Source: Candidatus Limnocylindria bacterium
GTDB taxonomy: Bacteria > Chloroflexota > Limnocylindria > P2-11E
Direction of reading: 5' to 3'
Length of the DNA stretch: 60,911 nt
Assembly (NCBI GenBank): GCA_035708565.1
Contig: DASSSF010000097.1
Span: 1 to 60,911 of the forward strand
Shown in pieces: positions 19,113 to 28,148 of the stretch (positions are counted from its first letter, which is position 1; each line of letters begins with the position of its first letter). Below the pieces are notes generated by a model that saw nothing but the letters and a program-made list of their open reading frames with translations, searched no databases and was not told where the DNA came from. Made by a program: the position numbers and the translations under genes.

Positions 19113-20204
19113 GTGAGCGGCCGTCCGGCCGTCGTCCTCGCGCTCTTCCTCTACGCGGCGCTCGCCGCGGCCGTCGGCGTGATCCTGGTCAACGGCCATC
19201 GCGCGCTCACGTCGGGCGAGGTGGACCTCGGGCTCCCCGCCGTCTCGCTGCCGGTCCCGTCCCTCGGCACGCGCCCGCCCACCGCGACGGCGCCCCGCGC
19301 GGTCGCGGCGCCGGCGGCCACGAGGTCGCCGGCCACCGCCGTGACCGCGCCCGCGCGCACCGCGAGCGCGAGCGCGCAGCCGCCGCCGCGTCACCTCGCG
19401 CTCGACCCGGCGACCGGCCGCACCTTCGTCGCCGCGCCCGAGCGCGGGAGCATCACCGTCCGCGACGCGGAGGGGAAGGCCACCGCGACCGTGGGCGTCG
19501 GGTGGAGCACCGGGCTCGCCATCGACGCGGGGCGTCGCCGCCTCTACGTCATCACGTCGACCGGCTCGTCCGGCTCCCTGCGGTCGATCGACGCGGACAC
19601 GCTGCGCGAGGTGGCGAGCGTTCAGGTCGGCTCCGCGCCGAGCGCGCTCGCGGTGGACCCGCTCGCGGAGCGCGTGCTCGTCACGCTCCCGTTCGCCGGC
19701 CGGGTCGTGGCCTACAGCGGCCGCTCGCTCACCGAGTCCGCCTCGATCGGCCAGCAGAACGCCGTCGATCTGGCGTTCTCCCCCCGCGGCGACCGTCTCT
19801 ACGTCGTCTCGCAGATCACGAGCGAGCTGGTCATGTACGACGGGAGGACGCTCGCCGCGGGAACGCGCGCGCGCACGAGCTGGGGCGACGTCGTCGCCGA
19901 CGACGCGAGGGCGTACGTAGCGAGCGGCACGGTGGTGGCGTTCGGCCCGGAGGGCCTCGCCACCGTGGCCACCCTTGGCGCGACCGCGAACGCGGCGGCC
20001 CTCGACCGCGAGCGCGGCACGCTGTACGTCGCGCACGAGCGGGCGGGACGCCTGAGCGCGGTCGACCTCCGGACGGGCGCGGTGCGGCCTGTGCTGGTGG
20101 ACGGCGCACCGGTCGCGCTCGCGCTCGACGAGCAGCGCGCGAGGCTCCTCGTCCTCGTGCGCTCGAGCGACGTTCCGGTGGCGCTTCCCCTGAACGCGCC
20201 GTGA
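19113..20204 (+). CDS. membrane-anchored YncE/YVTN-like beta-propeller repeat protein
   Basis: N-terminal TM segment and Pro/Ala linker, then repeats of about 40 aa ('...LAIDAGRRRLYV', 'LAVDPLAERVLV', 'LAFSPRGDRLYV', '...GTLYVAH'). Confidence 0.65.
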   Translation: MSGRPAVVLALFLYAALAAAVGVILVNGHRALTSGEVDLGLPAVSLPVPSLGTRPPTATAPRAVAAPAATRSPATAVTAPARTASASAQPPPRHLALDPATGRTFVAAPERGSITVRDAEGKATATVGVGWSTGLAIDAGRRRLYVITSTGSSGSLRSIDADTLREVASVQVGSAPSALAVDPLAERVLVTLPFAGRVVAYSGRSLTESASIGQQNAVDLAFSPRGDRLYVVSQITSELVMYDGRTLAAGTRARTSWGDVVADDARAYVASGTVVAFGPEGLATVATLGATANAAALDRERGTLYVAHERAGRLSAVDLRTGAVRPVLVDGAPVALALDEQRARLLVLVRSSDVPVALPLNAP

Positions 20205-21052
20205 GGGTCGGCGTCCAGCTGCCCGAGGTGGAGCGCGAGGTGCGCTGGGCCGAGGTCGCGGCGATGGCGCGCGCCGCGGAGGAGACGGGGTTCGACTCGG
20301 TCTGGGTCGGGGACCATCTCCTCTACCGCGAGCCGGACCGCGGTCCGTGGGACGCGTGGACGCAGCTCGCCGCGATCTCCGCGATCACGTCGCGCGTGAC
20401 GATCGGACCGCTCGTCGCGGCGACGGCCTTCCACCCGCCCGGCCTCATCGCTCGGATGGCTGCGTCGATCGACGAGATCGGCGGCGGCCGCTTCACGCTC
20501 GGGATCGGCGCCGGATGGAACGAGCCCGAGCTCCGCGCGTTCGGCATCCCGTTCGACCGGCTCGCGTCGCGCTTCGAGGAGTCGTTCGACATCGTGCGCC
20601 GGCTCCTCGCGGGCGAGCGCGTGACGCGCCGGGGCAGGTTCCACTCGGTCGAGGACGCGGTGCTGCTCCCCCGCCCGGCACGGCGCGTCCCGATCATGGT
20701 CGGGAGCGACGGGAGGCGCGTGCTCGCGGCCACGCTCCCCCACGTCGACGCATGGAACACCTGGTACGACCGCTACGGGAACACGCCCGACGGGTTCGCC
20801 GCCAAGAACGCCGAGATCGACCGCGCGTGCGCGGACGCCGGCCGGGACCCGCGCTCGCTCGCGCGAAGCGCGTGCGTGCTCGTGTCGTATCCGGGGAGCC
20901 GGGAGCGGGCGCACGCCGCGCCGCCCGTCGCCCCGGAGCGGCTCGCCGCGCATCTCGGGGACCTCGCGCGCGCGGGCGCCGACGAGGCGATCCTCGTGAT
21001 CGACCCGATCGGGGAGCGGACGATCCGCGAGCTGGCCGCGCTCCGGAGCTAG
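20201..21052 (+). CDS. LLM-class (luciferase-like) F420/flavin-dependent oxidoreductase
   Basis: GTGA overlap start. 'GFDSVWVGDHLL' and 'FTLGIGAGWNEPE' are typical luciferase-like monooxygenase family motifs. Confidence 0.8.
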   Translation: MRVGVQLPEVEREVRWAEVAAMARAAEETGFDSVWVGDHLLYREPDRGPWDAWTQLAAISAITSRVTIGPLVAATAFHPPGLIARMAASIDEIGGGRFTLGIGAGWNEPELRAFGIPFDRLASRFEESFDIVRRLLAGERVTRRGRFHSVEDAVLLPRPARRVPIMVGSDGRRVLAATLPHVDAWNTWYDRYGNTPDGFAAKNAEIDRACADAGRDPRSLARSACVLVSYPGSRERAHAAPPVAPERLAAHLGDLARAGADEAILVIDPIGERTIRELAALRS

Positions 21053-22215
21053 CCGGCGCGGGCGCCTCCGAGCAGCACGAGGCGCGGCGGCCGCTCGAGG
21101 ACGCGGATGCCGGCGAGCGGGTCCCCGTCCCAGACCGCGAGGTCCGCAAGCCGCCCGGCCGCGAGGACCCCGACGTCGTCGCGGCCGAGCGCGCGCGCCG
21201 CGGCGCCGGTCGAGGCGACGATCGCGTCGAGGGGACGCATGCCGAGAGCGACCATGAGCGCGAGCTCCTGCGCGTTCTCGCCGTGACGGTTGAACGGCGT
21301 CGCGGCGTCGGTGCCCATGCCGATCGGCACGCCGGCGTCGAGCGCGAGGCGGAAGGTGGCGTCGCGGTCCGCGAGGCGCTCGCGCGCCTTCGCCGCCATC
21401 GCCTCCGGCACGCCCGCGCCGCCCGCGATGAGGCCGAGCGCCTTGAGCGTCGGCACGAGGAACGTGCCTCGCGCGGCCATCTCGCGGGCCACGCCCGGGT
21501 CGCGGTGCAGGTCGGTCCCGTGCTCGACCGTGTCCGCGCCCGCGCGCACCGCGCGACGGATCCCCTCGATGCCGTGCGCGTGCGCCGCGACCCGCCTCCC
21601 CGCGGCGTGCGCCGCGGCCACCACGGCGCGGAGCTCGTCCTCGCCGAGCTGCGCGTCGTCGGGGCGCTCGCTCCCCGGCGCGAGCACCGCGCCGGTCGCC
21701 ATCACCTTGATGACGTCGGCCCCGGCCAGGAGCTGCTCGCGCACCGCGCGCACGAGGTCGTCGCCGCCGGACGCCTCGCGATACATGCCGCGCCACGACG
21801 CGGCTCCCGGCGTCGGCGCGGACACGATCCGGCCTGCGAGCACGAGGCGCGGGAGCGGCCCGCCGCGGCGGCGCAGCGCGAACTCGGCGTGGTAGCGCCC
21901 GCCCACGTCGCGCACCGTCGTCACGCCCGCCGCGAGCGTGCGGCGCGCGTGCTCGGCCATCCGCGCGAGCCACGCCTCGGGCGGATCGTCGTCGTGGACG
22001 CTCGCGTCGGGGAGGCCCTCGTCCGAGAGGTGCACGTGCAGGTCGATGAGGCCGGGCAGGATCGTCGCGCCGGGAAGGTCGATGCGCTCGGCGCCGCCCG
22101 GAGCGTGGCGCCCGCCGACGGCGACGATCCGGTCGCCGTCGACGAGCACCGCTCCCGGCGCGAGCGGCGGGGCTCCCGTTCCGTCGATGAGCCGCGCCGC
22201 GGTGATGAGCAGCAC
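21049..22215 (-). CDS. amidohydrolase family protein
   Basis: Metal-binding 'LIDLHVHL', later 'AHAHG' and 'TVEHG' motifs, and an Asp near the C-terminus ('GTDAA'). Confidence 0.85.
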   Translation of the reverse strand: MLLITAARLIDGTGAPPLAPGAVLVDGDRIVAVGGRHAPGGAERIDLPGATILPGLIDLHVHLSDEGLPDASVHDDDPPEAWLARMAEHARRTLAAGVTTVRDVGGRYHAEFALRRRGGPLPRLVLAGRIVSAPTPGAASWRGMYREASGGDDLVRAVREQLLAGADVIKVMATGAVLAPGSERPDDAQLGEDELRAVVAAAHAAGRRVAAHAHGIEGIRRAVRAGADTVEHGTDLHRDPGVAREMAARGTFLVPTLKALGLIAGGAGVPEAMAAKARERLADRDATFRLALDAGVPIGMGTDAATPFNRHGENAQELALMVALGMRPLDAIVASTGAAARALGRDDVGVLAAGRLADLAVWDGDPLAGIRVLERPPRLVLLGGARAG

Positions 22216-22225
22216 GGCCGAAGTG

Positions 22226-22666
22226 TCAGCGAACGCCGGCCGCCAGGTGCGCCTCCAGCTTGTCGAGGATCTGCGTGTACCCGAGGCGCTCCTGCTCCTC
22301 GCTCATCGCCATCTCGACGGTGAACGTGAGCTCCGTGCGGCCGGCGCGGTCCGCGAACGTAGCGGTCATGAGCCGGCCATCGCCGAGGCGCATCACGATG
22401 CGCTCGGGCGCCCGCAGCTCCTCGTAGGTGCCGTACATGTCGAACCCCTCGTGGCTCCGGTCCGCGGGCGCCATCTGGATGTGGAACTCGCCGCCGCGCC
22501 GGAGATCGGTCCTCGCGGACGGGGTCATCCAGTCCTTCGCCGACATCCATCTGACGAGGTGCTCGGGCTCGGTCCAGCACCGGAAGACGAGGTCGCGGGG
22601 CGCGTCGAAGGTCCGCACGATCCTGAGCGTCCGAACCGGGACGGTGGTGCGCTGCTCCCCCGCCAT
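22226..22666 (-). CDS. SRPBCC / Aha1-domain protein
   Basis: 'RIVRTFDAPRDLVFRCWTEPEHLVRWM'. ATG at 22666, 146 aa. Confidence 0.8.
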   Translation of the reverse strand: MAGEQRTTVPVRTLRIVRTFDAPRDLVFRCWTEPEHLVRWMSAKDWMTPSARTDLRRGGEFHIQMAPADRSHEGFDMYGTYEELRAPERIVMRLGDGRLMTATFADRAGRTELTFTVEMAMSEEQERLGYTQILDKLEAHLAAGVR

Positions 22667-22668
22667 GA

Positions 22669-23148
22669 TCACCGCGCCTCCTTCGCGAGGTCTTCCGCGA
22701 GCTTGTCCAGGCTCTCGTTCCAGCCCTGCTCCATGCCTTCGAGGGCGGCGAGGCCATCGGGCGTGGCCTTCGAGATCGTCGCGCGCACGGTCACCTTCGT
22801 CCGCTCGCCCTGCCGCTCGAACGTGACGGTCGTCAGCCCCTCGATCATCGGCGCGCCGGCCGCGTCGAGCGCGTTGTTCGTGAACACGAGACGCTCTCCG
22901 CGTACGGCCTCGCGGACCGTACCGGTCATCGGGTACACGGCGCCGTCGCGGTCGTGCCGCATGTCGATGTGCATCCGCCCCCCGGGCTTTGCCTCGAGCT
23001 CGCACCGCGGGTTCGAGAAGTGCCGCGGGCCCCACCATCGCGCGAGGAGGGCGGGCTCGGTCCACGCCCTCCATACGAGGTCGACGGGCGCGTCGAACAC
23101 GCGCGTGATGACGAGCTCCTTGAGCGTTCCGCTATCTGTCGTGGCCAC
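22669..23148 (-). CDS. SRPBCC / Aha1-domain protein (paralog)
   Basis: 'VITRVFDAPVDLVWRAWTEPALLARWW'. GTG at 23148. Confidence 0.8.
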   Translation of the reverse strand: MATTDSGTLKELVITRVFDAPVDLVWRAWTEPALLARWWGPRHFSNPRCELEAKPGGRMHIDMRHDRDGAVYPMTGTVREAVRGERLVFTNNALDAAGAPMIEGLTTVTFERQGERTKVTVRATISKATPDGLAALEGMEQGWNESLDKLAEDLAKEAR

Positions 23149-23482
23149 TGTGCTTCTCCTTTCGCTGCAGCTCCCTGAGGTAGGCATCGAGACGGTCGAG
23201 CCGCCGCTCCCACAGGTCGCGATAGCGCTCGACCCAGTCGTCCACCTGCTTGAGCGGGCCGGGCCGCAGCCGGCAGGGCCGCCACTGCGCCTGGCGGCCG
23301 CGCTCGACGAGCCCCGCGCGCTCGAGCACCTTGAGGTGCTTCGAGACCGCGGGGAGCGTCATGTCGAACGGCGCCGCGAGCTCGGTCACCGTGGCCTGTC
23401 CCTTCGCGAGGCGGGCGAGGATCGCGCGCCTCGTGGGATCTGCCAGCGCGGCGAAGGTCCGGTCGAGCGCATCGGGCGGCAT
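23132..23482 (-). CDS. ArsR/SmtB family transcriptional regulator
   Basis: 'FAALADPTRRAILARLAKGQATVTELAAPFDMTLPAVSKHLKVLERAGLV' is a winged HTH. First gene of an ArsR-SRPBCC-SRPBCC operon. Confidence 0.85.
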   Translation of the reverse strand: MPPDALDRTFAALADPTRRAILARLAKGQATVTELAAPFDMTLPAVSKHLKVLERAGLVERGRQAQWRPCRLRPGPLKQVDDWVERYRDLWERRLDRLDAYLRELQRKEKHSGHDR

Positions 23483-23498
23483 CCTTACTTCACCATCC

Positions 23499-23518
23499 GG
23501 TTATCTAACCTCTTGGTT
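23499..23518. promoter_or_regulatory. overlapping short inverted repeats in the AT-richer leader of the ArsR gene (operator candidate)
   Basis: GGTTA-tc-TAACC (23499-23510) and AACC-tctt-GGTT (23507-23518), 17-36 nt upstream of the ArsR start. Confidence 0.3.
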
Positions 23519-23560
23519 TAGTACACCCGCCCGCCGGGGCGTGTCAAGGCCGGACTTGCC

Positions 23561-24126
23561 GTGCGCCCCACGTCGCCTACGCTTGATCGATCGATCAGGA
23601 AGCGGGCACGCGGGCGGCCATCCTCGGCGCGGCGCGGCGCTGCGCCGACCGGGCCGGGATCCGCGCGACCTCGCTCCGCGACGTCGCCCGCGAGGCGGGC
23701 GTCACCCAGCCGCTCATCCACTACTACTTCCGGACCCGCGAGCGCCTCTTCGCCGAGCTGGTCGCGGCGCTGCTCGACGAGCACCTCGACCGCTTCAAGG
23801 CGGACATGGAGCGCGCCGGCGCGGCCGCCGCGCGCGAGCTCGGCCTCGGCTCGCTGCGCCGGAAGGTCATGGGCGACCGCCGCGCGTGGCGCCTCCTCCT
23901 CGAGGTGATCGCGGGCGCCCGCGGCGAGGACGAGCGGCGCGCCCTCGCGACGCGCTTCGCGCGACGCCGCGCGCTCGTCGCGGAGCGGATCGGCGGACCG
24001 GACGCGGAGGCGAAGGCGCTCGTCCTCGACGCGCTCATGCTCGGGCTCGCGGCCGAGCGCCTCGCCGGCGCGAGCGACGCCGAGGTGGAGCGAGCGCTCG
24101 ACGCGTTCGAGGCGCTCGCGCGTTGA
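23561..24126 (+). pseudogene. TetR/AcrR family regulator, apparently frameshifted at a (GATC)3 tract (or using a non-canonical start)
   Basis: The frame 23587-24126 encodes 'DQEAGTRAAILGAARRCADRAGIRATSLRDVAREAGVTQPLIHYYF...' (TetR HTH). It is preceded by an in-frame TGA (23584) and has no ATG, GTG or TTG before 23806. The GTG at 23561 is in another frame. Confidence 0.55.
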
Positions 24127-24941
24127 GCGCGCCGGCGTGGGCCACCGCCCCCGGCCGCCCGTCGCTCCGGGCGCAGCGCCTCGTGGCGGACGGCGCCGTC
24201 GTCCTCGCCCTCGCCGCGTGGCTCGCCGCGGCGCGGTCCGGCGCGCCGGAGACGATCGCGCCCGATCCGGCGCGCGTCCTCCCGCTCACGCTGGAGCTGT
24301 TCACGGATCCGCGCCTCGCGCCTCACACGTACGCGTCGCTCGCGCGCGTGCTCGTCGCCGGAGCGGCCGCGGTGGTCCTCGGTACCGCGCTCATGCTCGC
24401 GGCGCGCTTCGTCTACCTGACGCGCGTCCTCATCGCCGCGCGCGTCCTGCCGCTCCTGAGCGCGTTCCCGACGGTCGGCTGGGCGATCCTCGCGGTCGTC
24501 TGGTTCGGCGTGAGCGACGCGGCCGTCCTCGCGGTGATGGTCGCGATCCTCCTGCCGTTCACGATGGTGAACGTCTGGAGCGGGCTCCTCACGCTCGACG
24601 AGGAGCTCTACGAGATGGCGCGGTCGTTCGGCCGCGACCGCCTCCGGCGGCTCCGTCTCATCGTGCTGCCGGCCCTCCTGCCCGAGATCGTCTCGAGCGC
24701 CCGCATCTCGTACGGCATCGGCTGGAAGGTCGGGATCGTCGCGGAGCTGTTCGGCGTCACCACCGGGCTCGGCTACCTCATGGCGTACGCGCGGACCGTG
24801 TTCGACACCGCGCTCCTGTACGCGGCGATCCTCGCGGTCGTCATCTTCGCGTTCGCCGTCGACGGCATCGTCTTCGCGCGGCTCGAGCGCCTCATCACCC
24901 GGCACCGCGCCGACACCGCGCGCGCGACCGCGCGCGCCTAG
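24123..24941 (+). CDS. ABC transporter permease (NitT/TauT/SsuC-like)
   Basis: TTG at 24123 overlaps the upstream stop. 6 TM segments and an EAA-like loop 'ELYEMARSFGRDRLRRLRLIVLPALLP'. Confidence 0.8.
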   Translation: MSAPAWATAPGRPSLRAQRLVADGAVVLALAAWLAAARSGAPETIAPDPARVLPLTLELFTDPRLAPHTYASLARVLVAGAAAVVLGTALMLAARFVYLTRVLIAARVLPLLSAFPTVGWAILAVVWFGVSDAAVLAVMVAILLPFTMVNVWSGLLTLDEELYEMARSFGRDRLRRLRLIVLPALLPEIVSSARISYGIGWKVGIVAELFGVTTGLGYLMAYARTVFDTALLYAAILAVVIFAFAVDGIVFARLERLITRHRADTARATARA

Positions 24942-24951
24942 GAGGAGACAC

Positions 24952-25941
24952 ATGCGCCAGGCCGCCCTCGCCCTCGCGATCCTCGTGACCCTCGCCTCGT
25001 GCGCGGGGCCAGGCGGTGGCGCCGCCCCCACCGGCTCCCCCGCCCGCGAGTCGCTGACCCTCGCCTACGCCGACGACCCGAGCCGCGTGATGCTGCTGTG
25101 GGGGATCACGTCGGGGAAGGTCACGTCGCCGTTCCTCGACCTCAAGGTGTCGTTCCTGCCGGTCGCGCAGATCATCCCGGCGGCCAACACGAAGCAGTAC
25201 GACGTCATCGAGGCCACGCCGCTCGCGATCCCGCGCACGCTCGGCGCGGAGCCCGGGTTCCAGATCGTCTCGAACGGCCTCGTGAACGTGGGCGGGACGC
25301 GCCTCGTGACCGGCGCGGCGAGCGCGATCCGCACCGCGGCGGACCTCAAGGGGAAGACCGTGGGCGTGCCGTCGCTCGGCGGCACCTTCGTCCTCGAGAC
25401 CCGCTTCGTCCTCGCGAAGAAGTACGGGCTCGACCCGACGCTCCCGAGCGGCGACGTCCGGTTCTCGGAGACGCCACCGGAAGCGGTGCCGCAGCTCCTC
25501 CGGGAGAACAAGCTCGACGCCGCGGTCCTCACGCAGCTCGGGATCTACCGCGTCAAGGATTCGGCGGACTTCCGCACGCTCTCGGACGTGATCCCCGAGA
25601 TGCGGGCGATCACCGGGCGGCTGTCGGTCTCGAGCATCCTCGTCACGTACCGGGACCGCGCGCAGGCGAAGGCCCGGGCGATCGCGGAGCTCCAGCGGAT
25701 GCTCGCCGCCTCGCGCGACCACCTGTACGCGGACCGCGCCCAGGTCGTGAAGGCGGTCGCCGCGGAGAAGAAGGTGGAGGAGGCCTACCTCACCTGGTTC
25801 TTCGACCACTACCAGCTCGCGGGCGGCGCCCTCTCCGCCGAGGACCGCGCGCAGATCGCGGCCGCGTGGGAGGTCGCGAAGGCGCTCGGCGACATCAAGG
25901 ACGTCCCGCGCATCGACGAGGTGCTCTGGAAGGCGCCGTGA
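24952..25941 (+). CDS. ABC transporter substrate-binding lipoprotein (NMT1/THI5-like, NitT/TauT family)
   Basis: Lipobox 'LVTLASC' and a periplasmic-binding fold pattern. Sits between the permease and the ATPase. Confidence 0.8.
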   Translation: MRQAALALAILVTLASCAGPGGGAAPTGSPARESLTLAYADDPSRVMLLWGITSGKVTSPFLDLKVSFLPVAQIIPAANTKQYDVIEATPLAIPRTLGAEPGFQIVSNGLVNVGGTRLVTGAASAIRTAADLKGKTVGVPSLGGTFVLETRFVLAKKYGLDPTLPSGDVRFSETPPEAVPQLLRENKLDAAVLTQLGIYRVKDSADFRTLSDVIPEMRAITGRLSVSSILVTYRDRAQAKARAIAELQRMLAASRDHLYADRAQVVKAVAAEKKVEEAYLTWFFDHYQLAGGALSAEDRAQIAAAWEVAKALGDIKDVPRIDEVLWKAP

Positions 25942-26570
25942 TCTCCGTCCGCGACCTCCACGTCGCGCTCGGCGGCACGGAGATCCTCGACGGGATCACG
26001 TTCGACGTCGCGCGCGGCGAGCTCCTCTGCGTCGTCGGCCCGTCCGGCTGCGGGAAGACGACGCTCCTCCGCGTCCTCGGCGGCCTCGTCCCGCCGACGT
26101 CGGGCGAGGTGCGCGTCGGCGGCGAGCCCGCGGAGCGGGCGTGGCGGCGCGCCGCGTACGTGTTCCAGGCGCCCCGGCTCGTGCCCTGGCGCACGGCACG
26201 GGGGAACGTCGAGCTCGCGCAGGAGCTGCGGACGGGCCGCGCCGACGCCGAGCGCGCGCGCGGCGAGCTCGCCGCGGTGGGCCTCGCCGACCGCGCCGAC
26301 CGCTACCCCGCGACGCTCTCGGGCGGGGAGCGGCAGCGTGTCGCGTTCGCGCGCGCGCTCGCCGTGGACGCGGACGTCGTCTACATGGACGAGCCGTTCA
26401 GCGCGCTCGACGACGCCACGCGCGCGCGCCTCCGCGAGCAGCTGCGCGACCTCTGGCGCGCGAAGGCGCTCACCGTCGTGCTCGTGACGCACGACCGCGA
26501 GGACGCGCGCGCCCTCGCGACGCGCACCCTCGCCCTCAGCGAGCGCCCGGCACGCCTGCTGCTGGCGTAG
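25938..26570 (+). CDS. ABC transporter ATP-binding protein
   Basis: 'GPSGCGKTT', 'LSGGERQRVAFARAL' and 'VYMDEPFSALD'. GTGA overlap start. Confidence 0.85.
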   Translation: MISVRDLHVALGGTEILDGITFDVARGELLCVVGPSGCGKTTLLRVLGGLVPPTSGEVRVGGEPAERAWRRAAYVFQAPRLVPWRTARGNVELAQELRTGRADAERARGELAAVGLADRADRYPATLSGGERQRVAFARALAVDADVVYMDEPFSALDDATRARLREQLRDLWRAKALTVVLVTHDREDARALATRTLALSERPARLLLA

Positions 26571-26661
26571 CCGCGTGGGCAGGCTGCCGAGGGCCGACGG
26601 CGTGCGCGCTCGCGACGGGACGGCTCACCCGATCCTTAGGACGCTCGGACATCATCCCGGG

Positions 26662-27309
26662 ATGGTCCGGATGCTCGCGGCCGCCGTCCTCGCGCTCGCG
26701 ACCACGTGCGGGCCGGCGGCGCCGGCGAGCGTCCCCGGCGTCACGACGGGCGCGCCGACCACGGCCCGGCCGGCCGAGGCGACCGCGGCGGCGCCGAGCG
26801 CCGCGGCGACGGCCGCCGCCGCGCCGTCATGCGCGGCGCCCGCGCCCCTCACGATCGCCCAGACGGAAGGGCCCTACTTCAAGGCGGGCGCGCCACAGCG
26901 GACGGCGCTCGCCGACGCGTCGAGCCCGGGAACGCGGGTCGTCCTCACCGGCCACGTCCTCACGCGCTCGTGCGCCCCGGTCGCCGGCGCGCGGCTCGAG
27001 TTCTGGCAGGCGAACGCGGCCGGCGAGTACGACAACGCGGGCTTCGCCTTTCGCGGCCACCAGCTGACGGACGCGCAGGGGCGCTACCGCCTCGAGACAG
27101 TGGTCCCCGGCGAGTATCCCGGCAGGACACCGCACATCCACGTGAAGGTCATCGCCGGCGGGCGCGAGCTGGTGACGCAGCTGTACTTCCCGGACAAGGC
27201 GCAGCGGAACCAGGCCGACGGCATCTACCGGCCGGGCCTCACCGTCACCTACGCCTCGACGGGCACGCCGCTCGATGCCCGCTTCGACTTCGTGATCGAC
27301 GCGGCCTGA
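26662..27309 (+). CDS. secreted intradiol ring-cleavage dioxygenase family protein
   Basis: ATG at 26662 with signal/lipobox-like 'LALATTCG'. 'TEGPYF', 'FWQANAAGEYD' and 'GRTPHIHV' motifs. Confidence 0.7.
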   Translation: MVRMLAAAVLALATTCGPAAPASVPGVTTGAPTTARPAEATAAAPSAAATAAAAPSCAAPAPLTIAQTEGPYFKAGAPQRTALADASSPGTRVVLTGHVLTRSCAPVAGARLEFWQANAAGEYDNAGFAFRGHQLTDAQGRYRLETVVPGEYPGRTPHIHVKVIAGGRELVTQLYFPDKAQRNQADGIYRPGLTVTYASTGTPLDARFDFVIDAA

Positions 27310-27344
27310 CGGGCCCGGCACCGGACCTGCACCGCGCAGCCCGC

Positions 27345-28148
27345 GTGTGCGCGCACGACCCGGTCCCGAAGGAGCTCACGCCCGAGGTCGCCGCCTTCTA
27401 CGGCCACGCGATCGAGCGGCTGCGCGACGCGGGCGTCCCCTTCCTCGTCGGCGGCGCGTACGCGCTCGAGCGGTACACGGGGATCGAGCGGCACACGAAG
27501 GACGCCGACCTGTTCCTGCGACGGCGGGACATCCGCCGCGCGCTCGACGCGCTCGCGCGGGCCGGATACCGCACGGAGCTGACGTTCCCCCACTGGCTCG
27601 GCAAGGCGCGCGACGGCGGAGAGGTCGTCGACCTGATCTTCTCGTCGGGCAACGGCATCGCGCGCGTCGACGAGCTGTGGTTCGCGCACGCGCGCGACGC
27701 CGACATCCTCGGCGTGCCGGTCAAGGTCATCCCGCCCGAGGAGATGATCTGGTCGAAGGCGTTCGTGATGGAGCGCGAGCGCTTCGACGGCGCCGACATC
27801 GCGCACGTCATCCGCGCGACGGCCGAGGACCTCGACTGGGACCGCCTCCTCCGGCGGTTCGGCGCCCACTACCGCGTGCTCCTCACCCACCTCGTCCTCT
27901 TCGGCTTCGTCTACCCGTCCGAGCGCGCGCGCGTCCCCGCGCGCGTCATGCGCGACCTCCTCGGACGCCTGGACCGCGAGTGCGAGGCCTCCGGCGCGGA
28001 CGCGCCCGTGTGCCAGGGGACGCTCCTCTCCCGCGAGCAGTTCCTCGTCGACGTCGCGCGCTGGGCGTACACGGACGCGCGCACGCTGCCGCCGTCCGGC
28101 ATGACCGACGGCGAGCTCGACGTCTGGACGAAGGACATCGCCTCGTGA
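27345..28148 (+). CDS. nucleotidyltransferase-fold protein (uncharacterised family)
   Basis: GTG at 27345. 'FLVGGAYALERYTGIERHTKDADLFL' matches the G[GS]x(9-13)DxD pattern of minimal nucleotidyltransferases. Confidence 0.55.
   Translation: MCAHDPVPKELTPEVAAFYGHAIERLRDAGVPFLVGGAYALERYTGIERHTKDADLFLRRRDIRRALDALARAGYRTELTFPHWLGKARDGGEVVDLIFSSGNGIARVDELWFAHARDADILGVPVKVIPPEEMIWSKAFVMERERFDGADIAHVIRATAEDLDWDRLLRRFGAHYRVLLTHLVLFGFVYPSERARVPARVMRDLLGRLDRECEASGADAPVCQGTLLSREQFLVDVARWAYTDARTLPPSGMTDGELDVWTKDIAS

Noticed and set aside
19799-21973. 724-aa minus-strand ORF and similar long ORFs (19502-21052 5' part, 20347-22323, 21938-23521, 23724-25031, 27347-28894 5' part, 28971-30719, 30889-32343, 31772-33256, 32530-34107, 35807-37642, 38684-40618, 44967-47081, 44969-47167, 47369-49654, 49602-51164, 50018-51535, 51352-52950, 59226-60842)
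   Set aside because: All are compositionally aberrant (very high Arg, Pro, Gly, Asp). All overlap motif-bearing genes on the same or opposite strand. This is the expected artefact at this GC content.
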